Shown one piece after another: positions 1 through 11,863 of a stretch of 25,767 bases of DNA. Under the pieces are notes generated by a model that saw only the letters and a program-made list of their open reading frames with translations, ran no database searches and was not told the origin of the DNA. Source of the DNA: Octopus sinensis. Taxonomy: Eukaryota. Location of the stretch: assembly GCF_006345805.1 (NCBI RefSeq), contig NW_021836043.1, forward strand, positions 1-25,767, given 5' to 3'. Each line of letters opens with the position of its first letter. Position 1 is the stretch's first letter. Made by a program: the position numbers and the translations under genes.

Positions 1-454
1 CGCTACTGACCGTCTGTTCGAAGATTTTATTTACCTAGTTACAGTGGAATACATCCACTTTTTTCAATAATAGAAATGTTAAAATTACTAAGTTTCTCTA
101 AAGGATATTACGGCAGCGTTACTGGATATTAATAGGTATCGCCATACTAATATGGTAATCTATAAATATAAGACTAAACTGTCGCTGATTAGCTCCAAGA
201 GGCCATCGCCTCTAGGTAGCTATTTGACACACGAACCTGCGTCCATTACAAACCTTCGAACAGGGGAGGTCAGCCGCTTCACCTTGCTAGTCAGACATCT
301 GCAGACATGATTCCAAAAGGGACACGAACGGTTTGACTAGAGTATTTCTGCACAAGATTACTATTTTTAAAGAAATGATGTCAAAACTTATGTGGAGAAG
401 TTATATTTTTATTAAGCATAACTAGTCCAGGAATCTTTTGTTTTCACCTAAATA

Positions 455-523
455 CACACACGCGTGCGCACACACATACACGCACATATATATGTATATC
501 TATATTTATGTATACATATAAAC

Positions 524-556
<33 letters not shown>

Positions 557-647
557 CATATATAAACATTTATATTTTAAATACTTGTGTATTTGCATAT
601 ATGCATCTTCCCCTATGTACATATACATATACATATATATACATAAA

Positions 648-695
<48 letters not shown>

Positions 696-880
696 ATATA
701 TAAACCAGCTTAGAGAAGAAGAAGAACGAAACGAAACAAAACGAATCGAATCGAATCGACGCGAAGGCGCTCAGTCATACAATAGTGTAATAAATAAAAT
801 ATATGCATACATACTAACATATATGTACGTACCTACATCTACATGTATATATACATGCATATATAAATATATATACGTGT
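455..880. repeat. Compound (CA)/(TA)/(TATG) microsatellite tract with a short CGAAA/CGAAT pentamer run (~728-759)
   Basis: Direct reading; long (TA)n run at ~652-691. ORF 508-900 is its translation. Confidence 0.9.
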
Positions 881-1010
881 GTACAGGACACCAAAAATAG
901 ACGTAGAACTCAACGAGAAACGAAAACGTAAAAACAGCATGGAACGGACCATTTTTTTAACAACGAAAAAACAGAGTACAAGACAACTACACAAGGAAAA
1001 ATCCCCTTCA
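881..1010. repeat. Probable fragment of an unclassified interspersed repeat between microsatellites
   Basis: A-rich unique segment (gtacaggacacc...aaaaatccccttca) embedded between SSRs. It resembles octopus repeats from memory; no second copy in the window. Confidence 0.3.
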
Positions 1011-1769
1011 TATATATATATGTATGTATGTTAGTATGTATATATGTATGTATGTACGTATGTAGATGGCTATATGTGTGTGTATGTAATTGACATATAT
1101 GCTCGTGCAAAAATGCTAATATATACTCAACATAATGGCCTTTCGTCTAATCAAATCTGAGGCATAATACTACAAGGTACTCGATTATCATTTAATAATA
1201 AATGCTACGCTATTTCCACACTCATAGAATAGATTTAAACAAGTCAGAGGAAAACCAAAACAATACATGAAATAGAAGTGAAATTACTCTTTTAGCGAGG
1301 GGTCAGTGCTTCTGTTTATAAGCTCAGCGCGCCCGTCTAACTTCTCTAGTAAGAGGTCAAATAATTGATACAGAAGTAATTGTATGATGCTAGCTTCGAA
1401 GTGCAATGCAGTTTTTGCTTTCTCGTAATATTTTTGAACGATTTCATATAAAAACTAGGTGAACTGAGCAGATAATTGTAATGCACTTGCTTTTTCATAT
1501 ATCAAAGGTAAAATTTTCATAGGACTGTTAACTTAGTACAACAGATTTGAACGGATATGTGTTGAATTTTAAAATTTTCGCCCTTTAAACTTATCTAATG
1601 TGTCGCTGAATAACACAACATATTCGAAAAAATATCTAACAATAGATTAAGAGACACGTATCTACATAACTGTATACATACGCACACATATATACACTTT
1701 CCCTAGTTGGTTACACCTAATGTGTATGTATATAATATACTCATAGTCATACATAGATATAAACACATG

Positions 1770-1773
1770 TATC

Positions 1774-1807
<34 letters not shown>

Positions 1808-1900
1808 TGTGTGTGTGTGTGTATGTGTGTGTGTATGTGTGTGTGTGTGTGTGTGGTGTGTATGTATGTATGTATTTGTGTGTGCATGTGTTTGTGTGTA
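1770..1900. repeat. (TA)n-(TG)n compound microsatellite
   Basis: Direct reading. Confidence 0.95.
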
Positions 1901-2877
1901 TTTGTACACAAACAGATTACTACTAACCAACAGGAGAAAAATATTCTCCTATTCTCCAGTGTAGTTAATGCATGTGACGTCAAGTACTTGTAATTTTAGA
2001 TGCATTACAATGGCAAAATGAATAAGTAAGAATAAAAATATAAATTAACAATCACCATTGATGAATGAATATATTTTACAACGGGACTTCTATTTTTTTC
2101 TGCCCGGAAGTTCATCCGAAGGTCAGTATTCCTGCACTGAAAATTTGAGTAATGGCTAATGGGTTTATCAATTATATATATTAAATATATTAAATAAATT
2201 CTGTGTGATTGTGTGCTTGTGAGTATGCAGAAAGGGAGGAGAGACAGAGACACAGAGAGATAGAAAGAGAGACAGAGATGACGGTGAAAGAAAACGGCAT
2301 GAATAAAAACTGTAACGGAGAGTGGAGTGAGAGGCGTTAAAATCTTCAAGCGTGACCGAAAGTCCAATCGTTACCTATAATAAACTCCTATGATAGATAT
2401 GGATGGTTGCCATCAGTCAGAGGTCAACTGTAAAACAACCACGCCTGGAGCTCATCGGATCACTGGATTTAAGCATATTCAAATCTCATTAGTAAATAGA
2501 GTGATGTTGAATGACGTACTCTTGTTCTTGCCATACTCCCATATGTACACACGTATGCAAAGACACATTCACATGTAATCACAATCAATTCAGCAGACAC
2601 GGCTCTCGTGCCAGTATAATTAACACTTATCAGAACGGTTACAGATGGAGAAATATCTTGCTGGTGCAAGTGTCAGCAGGTACGACCTAACCCATAGGCA
2701 ACGCCTTCCGAAGTTCATTTATTACCTCGTATATAATCTCAAAATTTCTTCCCTGATTCATGATTAGTGCATTAAAGAATTTCCATAGATAAATATACTC
2801 TACCGTAAATATAGAGTACACTTTCTCCCTAAAAAAGAAATTTTTTGTATTTATGTAGTTATAGGCGTGTGAATGTC

Positions 2878-3135
2878 TATCTGTCTGTATGTATGTATGT
2901 ATGTATGTATGTATGTATGTATGTATGTATGTATGTATGTATGTATGTATGTATACGTACATGTGTGTATGAATGCATGTCTGTATGTATGTGTATGCGT
3001 GTATGCATGCATGAATGAAAGCATGTATATATGCATGTACGTACGTATGTATGTATGCATGCATGCATGCATGTAAGTTTGTATGTATGTATGTATGTAT
3101 GTATGTATGTATGTATGTATGTATGTATGTATGGA
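2878..3135. repeat. (TATG)n tetranucleotide array with TGCA/TACG variants
   Basis: Direct reading; produces the MYVC/HTYI ORFs. Confidence 0.95.
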
Positions 3136-4431
3136 CGTAGGTCGGTATGTATTTGTGCGTGTGTTCTATTCCTCTTGATTTTTGAGAAAATTTTGACGGG
3201 CCACCTACTGGGTCCTAGGCTGTGAAGGGAAGTATTTTGTTTTAACCCGTAGCGGCCCGTGTATAGCAACAGCGGAACTGCATCACCACTCGATTTTATC
3301 AATAACATTCAATATAATGGGTCATTTTTCCTATAATTCTTTCTTTATACTTGTACATTATATATTTAAGCTTAGAGCCAGTAGCCATCACCTAGATTAT
3401 GAAAAAAATACAAAAATCCTTGTATAGAACTGTGCGTTTCACAATTCCTGCAAGGCGGTGTTTGGCTGTTATGTGCATGCTAATATGTCCGAGATAGGAA
3501 GCTTCACACAAGAGAGAGAGAGCACTGCGTGGGCGAAAGTGCCGAGTGAAAGGTAGTGTTTCTTTTTGACTCCGCGTGTGTTGTGCTTAAAAACGTGTTT
3601 ATATTATTGAATATGATAAAGTGTAGAATTAGATTATTATCTTGCTTCCAGCATCTGTGTTGCTGCCAGGATTTAAAATATAGGACACATTTCTTCCCTT
3701 ATTTTGTGAGTTAAGGCGAATTCGCGGCGGTGTTCAGTGAACAAATTAAACACACTACTCGACAGTGGCTAAAACGCGAACCAATTAAGTTTATGTATAA
3801 ATTTTCCTTATATATGTTTGTTTTCTTTTGCACAATATTAAAACAAACAGCTAAAAATTTTCGGAAGCAGCATCCCAACCAATTTTATCTAAGATTCGCC
3901 ACCGGTTTTGACCATCATTCTTTAGATTTTAAGGTCTTTCTGTTTTTACAAAATCTTAGATATCGTAATCGTTTGTAGCATTCTCTCCCCAGAACCCTAA
4001 GTTCATCCATACTTTGCTCCCTACAAACATATGTATGTATCTTTGTACGAATGTCTGTACGTAACCATGTATATACGTACATACGTATGTATGTATGTTT
4101 GTATGTATGAACGAATGTCGGTCTGTCTGTATGTATGCATGTATCCGTGTTTAGTTATAGGGCTGGAGTTTTGTTAACCAGAGTATTCATGGATTTTATT
4201 CACTCGCATAACCATGGTACTTATTTCAGTCAGGTACATATTTTATCGATTTGTATTTATTGAAGCATTTCGTTACATTTTGATATAAATGACCATCAAC
4301 CGATTTTACACCAGAACTGAAAACAACTCGCATACACATTCACCTACTCATCTCACAAATATCTATATATAAAAATTCATCTACACACACGCTCACACAT
4401 ATACATCCATAAATATATATACAGGCACATA

Positions 4432-4829
4432 TCTTTATATATAAAAGTGAGGTTGTGTGCTGTCTGTCTCCTACGATTTAGATTCCTAACTACTCTTACA
4501 TTTTGCGGTGCAGTTTAACCAAAACCGGGCATCTTATAGTCGTGATTCACATCGGCCCTTCTGGGTATTAGCGCTCGGCTACGATGAGTCTACGATTTAA
4601 AAAAAAAAATACCATCATTTTTTTTCCATTTTAATGCATTTTTCGCTATTATATAAGGGAAGTAACTCTCTAAAAATGTCTACGATGAGTCAACGATAAA
4701 AAAAAATTGACCATCATTTTTTTTCCCATTTTTAATGCATTTTTTTGCTACTTTTTGGCTATAACTCTCTAAAAATGCTTATACAGTTATTCGCTTACAA
4801 ACCCGAGCAACGCCGGGCGATACTGCTAG
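4432..4829 (+). mobile_element. Non-autonomous Helitron (rolling-circle transposon), apparently complete
   Basis: 5' end TCTTTATATATAAAAG after A4431. 3' end has a GC-rich hairpin CCCG-a-GC-aac-GC-CGGG (4802-4817), then CTAG (4826-4829), followed by T4830. Inserted between A and T with no TSD and no coding capacity. Confidence 0.82.
4579..4778 (+). repeat. Internal ~101-bp tandem duplication inside the Helitron
   Basis: ctacgatgagtc...taactctctaaaaatg at 4579-4679 and again at 4680-4778, diverged. Confidence 0.9.
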
Positions 4830-4865
<36 letters not shown>

Positions 4866-5299
4866 CTATATATATATACGTATGTATGTAATATATGTTA
4901 TTATTGTATGTATGTATATATAGATGTGTGTGTTTATGTGTGTACACGCGCATAAACATTCAGATACATACAATTGCACATGTGCACACACGGACATACA
5001 CACATACGTACGACTCATTCTTGTACTCACTATCCATTGGTTTCTACGTTGGCCTTACTGCTCCGACTAATGAAAAGAAAAGGAAAAGGCTACATCTTTT
5101 TTGAACTGGCGACTTTGAAATGAATTGACATGCTGACGCTATTTGAACTTCTATCACTGAGGTTGTGATATATTAATTGTAACGCTTTCTATACAAGACC
5201 GTAAATTATTTTGTCGTTATCGCTTTAGAATAAAGGCTGACAAAGAGAGAAATTGTACAAGATAAATAGTCACATTTCACACTGACAGTTTTGTTTGAC

Positions 5300-5437
5300 T
5301 GTTTGAATGCACATCCGTTTGATATATATGTTTATATATACATACATACATATATATATATATGCGTGTGAGTGTGTGTGTGTGTTTGTATGTATATTTA
5401 TATATGTACATTTGCGGTCTTGTCCCATTTTGTATTT

Positions 5438-5484
<47 letters not shown>

Positions 5485-5507
5485 GAGAGAGAGAGAGAGA
5501 GAGATAG

Positions 5508-5538
<31 letters not shown>

Positions 5539-5740
5539 GATAGATGATAGATACACACACATATATGTATACACACACATTTATTGGGGGCGTATATATT
5601 GATATAAACTACAGATATGAACGAGGGGTATACGTATAAGGATATATATACATATAGAGAGATAGAGATAGATAAATAGACATACGTACATACATACATA
5701 CATACATACACAAATATGTATATATATATATATATACGTT
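5300..5740. repeat. Compound microsatellite (TA)/(TG)/(GA)/(GATA)/(CATA)
   Basis: Direct reading. Confidence 0.9.
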
Positions 5741-6427
5741 CGTGTTGAGTGTGCAGAAACCGCAAAACAATTGTAACCCGGGGTTTTTGTTACTAACCGA
5801 TGAACTCTTGACTAAAATCCATATATTCTTATCTTGTAATTATTCTCTTTCTATACCCCTTTCACTGTGGGCCGCTGACAGAGATAGTATGTATGCGTGA
5901 GCGAATACAGGGTGTTTGTTGGGCTGGCGGTAAGATTGTTGTTAACAAATATCAAATATTGATATTGCCAGCACTTGTGCTCCAAAATGAGCAGGTATCG
6001 CCACACACACACAAAAAAAAAACACACACACACAAATTGTGTTGTTGATTTAACGTTCAGAGACGCAGTAGCGTCCACGGTCTTTCGTAGGCCTTTTTAT
6101 ACCAACAAGATTGTTGCAATTAATGTAATTTCAACTTGTAATTTTGTTAATGAATGCAAGTGAAAGGAAGAGGAATGAACAGCGAGATATTTCCAGAGGG
6201 ACGAATCGGTGATTTGGATGAGATCTTGTTACTGGGCATTAAAGTGTTGATGAGATCAGGGTAGGTAAAGCAGTCGGGAATATCTGAGTAAAGGTGGTAT
6301 GAACCAAGTTACCTACAAGGAGTTGTGGCCATCACAGTGGCTATAGTAAAAGCAGAAATGGTATATATAAGATCAGTGAGCTCGTTTGAGTGATTTTAAG
6401 CTAATCAGTGTAATATATATATATATA

Positions 6428-6534
6428 TTGGCCTGCTCGCTTAGCCAGCGGGGTGTCATTTGAAGCGTAAAACAATGCGAAGCGCATTGAGACCAGCGAT
6501 GTGTAGCAACATCTGATAGCCTGGTCGGTCACGG
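6428..6534 (+). mobile_element. GC-rich structured repeat fragment between (TA)n tracts; probably the 3' part of a 5'-truncated octopus SINE
   Basis: 107-bp GC-rich block with three stem-loops, sharply bounded by TA repeats. The SINE assignment and strand come from recollection of an octopus repeat, not from a search. Confidence 0.55.
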
Positions 6535-6572
<38 letters not shown>

Positions 6573-8309
6573 TATAACTTATAGATAGGCAACCGAAAAA
6601 ATTTCTAATGCTGAAATTAGATACGTTGTCCAAAACCATTATAATTTTTTCACAATACGCACGCTACTCAAAAAAGGTCGACAGAATTTTCTAAAAAATT
6701 CCATTATTACCATATTGGACTGATTTTACTACATTAAATATATATATAAACATACGTTAGTATAATATGATTGAGATGACGGAGGTGAGCGTGTGCCTGT
6801 GTGTGCATGTGTGTGTGCGTGTGTGTATGTGATATCGCCAGTCAAAATTATCGGTGACATAGTTGTGCTTGATTAGTTCATCAGATTCTCGTTTTTAACC
6901 AAGATGCTCTGTGGCAAAACAATGATAAGAAAACTATAAGAGAGAAAATGGTTGACAGCGATTGTTGATGGCTGTGTTGTGGTCATAAGACATCATTTCA
7001 GATGTTTGCTCCGCACCATGGCTTCGAACTCAAGATGGCGTTATATTGCAACCGTGGGTGTATTACCACCATCTTCGAAGCATTAAGGATAAAGGTTACT
7101 TATTTCTTCCAAACCTTATTTCAATGAAATGTGACTTTATGCCACCGACCACACTCCTCTGCTACACATAATCACTCACACATAAGGAGCTAATGTACAT
7201 AATATTAAGAATTCCATTGATTTCTTGAGTTCAACAATCCTTTCTCGGATGAACAATACATACGCACAAGCACACATAAATGCATGCATTCATGTAAGCA
7301 TGCATAGCCATGTTACCACACACGTGCTTTCCTTGGTCTATTTTTTCCCTCTCTCCAGAATTTTCCTCTTTCCTTTTTCTCACGAAGAGACATGCTTCAA
7401 ACATTACAATCCACCATTTTTTTCCCATCTTAAACTGAGCGTCAACCTAATACATTTACTGTGTCGTCCTTTTTGACTTATGTTGATTTTATTTTTATTT
7501 TCGATTTGCCAGTATACATACATACACACACACACACATATACACATACAAAAACACACACATTACATATACGTACGTATGTATGTATATGTGTGTGTGT
7601 TTGAATGTGTGCGTGCGCGCGTACGCATGCTCTCATTGAATAGAATCAGTCCTCACTTAACGTCGTTGGTAGGTCCTTGAGAAGTGCGAATTTAAGTGAA
7701 AAGATGTAAAACGAAAACAATTTTAACTGCAGATAAATGATAAGCAAGTGTTAGCTTTATAGTCATAAAAACAACTGAAACTTCGAAATAAATGTTGCTT
7801 CTAATATCAATAATTGAATCACAATTGCGCTAAAGATATATGTAAGTCAGATCTCTATCCGTTTGTCATTAACCTATTTGTTTTCAAATTCTCTTCCTCT
7901 CTCTCTTTGAGCGTGATTTTCACTAAAAATCGCCATAGATGTCTCCAAAACCAGGACGATTTAAACGAACTTCTAGTTGTCAAAATTTGAGGTGCTTATT
8001 TTTCTTTTTTCTTAACAAACCTCGATTTCCATGCCGTGCTCTCCATGGGGTCCTCGTTAAATATTTCTTCACCGCGAGATTAAAGCACACCATTATTTTA
8101 TATTTTAAGTTGGTCAAAAGGGTTTGAATCTCAATGAAGTAGAGACAGTGGATGCCTAAAAATTGTATCTCAAAGGACATTGGAGACTTAAAAGTAAAAT
8201 ATTTGAATAAGTAGTATCGTTACCTGTCATTGTTTATTTATTTATTTATTCATATTTTACTAAACTGAAAGCACAACTTACGAAAGAAAGAAAGGAGACA
8301 AAGGCAAAG

Positions 8310-8750
8310 AAACATTTAGCTCGTTATAATTCGCTTTGCGAAGTTTTATGGTTTTATGTTGAAAAGACGTTAAACGAAATAACTTCAGTGAGGATTGCCT
8401 CTGTCTCTGGTTGTTTTCTAAGATGTTCTACGATTAGTATGTATGTGTATGTGTGGTGTGTGTGTGTGTGTGTGTGGTGTGTGTGTGTGTTGTGTGCGTG
8501 CGTGCGTGCGTGTGCGTGTGTGCATATATGCAAACATTTAGCTCGTTATATATGTACGCTTTGCGAATTTTTATAATGGTTTTATGCTGAAAAGACGTTA
8601 AACGAAATAACTTCAGTGTGGATTGCTTCTATCTCTGGCTGCTTCCTAAGATGTTCTACGATTAGTGTGTGTGTGTGTGTGTGTTGTGTGTGTGTGTGTA
8701 TGTGTGTGTGTGTGTGTTGTGTGTGTGTGTATGCGTGTGCGCATATATGC
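8310..8750. repeat. Tandem duplication of ~220 bp (unique ~125 bp plus a TG microsatellite)
   Basis: Unit 1 is 8310-8531 and unit 2 is 8532-8750. Both start aaacatttagctcgttata and end gcatatatgc. Confidence 0.95.
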
Positions 8751-9164
8751 TTTTGTTTTCTGTGAGTACTTCGTATTACACGTTACGTAGGACAGAGAAA
8801 GTAAAGATTTGATGTTTCGCAGCGATTTCTAATTTAATAATATCCATTTAATGCTTGAACAGTTTGAATACAGACAGAAAAACGAAACTGTTACACACAC
8901 ATAGACTAACGCAGATGCCCCAGAACGCACACATGCAGAATCATATTAACACATGTTCACACAGAGGTATGTTGACTACGGAGACACCCAAACATTCATA
9001 CACATTAATATATACCCACAAACATACACATATTATCACATTTGCTATGTGCCCCCATTCGGGGATGTTTAAGTCTTTTTTATGTATCTAACTATCTAAC
9101 TCCCTCACTTTTATTCACTCCCTCCCTCTCTTTTTCCATATATATATCTCATATACAAATTCAC

Positions 9165-9169
9165 ACGCG

Positions 9170-9203
<34 letters not shown>

Positions 9204-9216
9204 ATATATATATATC

Positions 9217-9296
<80 letters not shown>

Positions 9297-9535
9297 CATA
9301 TATATATATATACATATAAATATATATATATATACATATATTATATATATATACATATAATATATATACATATATATATAATGTATGTATGTATATACAT
9401 ATGATATATATTTATAAGCATATACATCTATATGTACATATATGCGTGTGTATGTGTGTGTTGTATATGTGCATGTATACGCATATATGTGTGTGTATGA
9501 GGGAGAGAGAGAAAGAGAGAGAGAGAGTGGTTGAA
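9165..9535. repeat. Degenerate (TA)n array grading into (TG)/(GA)
   Basis: Direct reading. Confidence 0.95.
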
Positions 9536-10399
9536 AGAGAGAAAAAAGAGAGTCCAAGCAAAAATATATAAATATATAAGCAAGATGTATAAATATATAA
9601 GTAAATAGCGTATGCCAAAATTTGAAATCAATATTAATGGAAAATAGATAGAAAGAAATAATCATAAAGTCCTCCCTCAGTCGTTCCCAAACCATCTTCC
9701 AACTAGTCATTCATACATCCATCTATCCCTAACTCCTTCCCTCACTCATCTTTCCCTCCACCCATCTATATACATTCATATATAAATGAATAAAATAAAA
9801 GCGGTAGAGGCAGATGAACGAATGGCCGGATGGAGTAACGGAAGGCTAGATGTGATAATTAATACGACAGACCAATACGAAAGATATAATACTAAATAAT
9901 ATATGCATTAACAAATGGTATTGTCTTTCTTAATAATTGCTATAACAATTCAATGAAATGAGAAAAACATTTTGTATTTTTATTTAAATGAGTCTTGGGA
10001 AAACTCAATGACAGGATGTTTTTAGGTTTCAACTTTCAGTTCTGTCTTTAGAGAATAATTTGTAATTTCATAGAGCAGCTCAAAATGTCAGGCGTTGTAA
10101 TAAAGTCTTACTGGCTGTCTCTATTTTTATCTCCTATGTCTTTCTCCTTTGCCTCCTTTACCTCCTTCCACTTTTTTCTCTCTTGTCTTTTCTGTTTTGC
10201 TGTTTTGCTTTTATTTTTCCTTCTTTTCCCTCTTGCTGTCTTTCCCCTTTTTTCATTTCATTCGTTCTCTTAGACCTTTTGTTCTTACCTATCATTATCA
10301 ATGTATGCCTCGTTTTTGTTTAAGTTTATCGTACTTTTGTAACATATCTCTGTACTTCTCTCTTCTTTTCTATCCACCATTCTTCCTTCTCTGCCTCTC

Positions 10400-10832
<433 letters not shown>

Positions 10833-11123
10833 TATATATATATATATATTCACATATTCCACGTTTCGTAGTGAATTTTTGGTTAGCAGAAAATTAAGGA
10901 TTATCTCGGAAACAAATAGGATGTTTGTTGTACATATTAGTATGGAGTGCTGCGTTGTGTCTAGTTTCAATCGGTACCCACGAAAGGGAGAAAAGGGAAG
11001 CTTTTTCCAGTAAACTAAATTTTAGTTTTTAAAATGTAAGCTCCAGTAGAGGTTATCAGTGTGTCTTAGTATTCTGATAATTACCAGCCTACAACCTTGA
11101 GTGAACTCTGACAACAACTACAG

Positions 11124-11213
11124 GTGAGTAGGTGGTACTACACCGGATGGCGTGATATAACTACTGTAAAGGTAGTTAGGTTTATATCATCTAATATGTC
11201 GCTCATTTTGCAG
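11124..11213 (+). other. Candidate 90-nt spliceosomal intron between non-coding exons
   Basis: Donor CAG|GTGAGT, branch-like CTAAT at 11191-11195, acceptor TTTTGCAG|G. Stops in all three frames on both flanks. Confidence 0.4.
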
Positions 11214-11450
11214 GTGTCAGGGTGAAAAGTTGATGGACGAGTGGTAATATTTCTGATGGACATAGCAACCACGTAGAGGCTTCCTCGTTAACGTGAGCCT
11301 AAACAGATAACTAATAATCGCTGTTGGTACAGAAGCATGAAATAACTCACAACTGTAATGAATGTGCGTTTACCTCAGTTTACAAAATCGATTAAAACTC
11401 CTATGAGAAATTTGTCTTTTCAGTTCTCTTTCCTTTTTAGAATACGACAC

Positions 11451-11863
11451 GAATCTTTTCGGTTCGAACGGCAGTTTTTTAAAATAATTTCCACGTAACT
11501 AAACACTTTTAAACTTCGTATACTGGTAGAATGTGTTTATAAAACATCTTTTTCTCTTGGCTTTATTGAGAAAATTCTATAGTTTGTAAGATATTTGTTG
11601 TTGTTTTTCTTCAATTTCTGCAATTTCAACCAATCAATGACGTCTATTGAGGTGAAAACATTTTGTGCCGTATGAATATGTCCCTCGTTTAAGAAACAGA
11701 TTGGGTTTATTTACATTTCTGAAGAAAAAAGATACCCTTCCCCACCCCTAACCCTAACCCTAAAACAGATTGAAATGCAATAGGTCGATACTAGGGTCAT
11801 AATTATGGGTGACTATTTCATATGACACCGCTAGGAAAACTGCCGTTCAAACCGAAATGATCC
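11451..11863. mobile_element. Non-autonomous TIR DNA transposon (MITE), 8-bp TSD, Merlin-like or MULE-like
   Basis: Left TIR gaatcttttcggttcgaacggcagtttt (11451-11478) versus reverse complement of the right TIR ggatcatttcggtttgaacggcagtttt (11836-11863): 25/28 identical. Flanking direct repeats tacgacac (11443-11450) and cacgacac (11864-11871), 7/8 identical. Confidence 0.85.
11746..11763 (+). repeat. (CCCTAA)3 telomere-type repeat inside the MITE
   Basis: Direct reading. Confidence 0.9.

Noticed and set aside
2645-2680. Possible 36-nt exon (ttacag|ATGGAG...CAGCAG|gtacga)
   Set aside because: The acceptor lacks a pyrimidine tract and the peptide MEKYLAGASVS is unrecognisable.
3244-3265. aacccgtag matches the miR-100/miR-10 5' end
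   Set aside because: The match stops after 9 nt, and the motif sits on the 3' arm of the local hairpin.
6160-6370. Purine-rich blocks (also 19080-19400) that might be antisense LINE remnants
   Set aside because: Translations by eye gave no recognisable RT or endonuclease motif.
6878-6884. Exact CTGANGA hammerhead cores (minus strand here, at ~19083 and ~15924; plus strand at 11719)
   Set aside because: None is followed by a stem II and GAAA, so no intact hammerhead exists in the window.
7941-8189. 8-bp inverted repeat gtctccaa/ttggagac as possible TIRs
   Set aside because: Too short, and no TSD.
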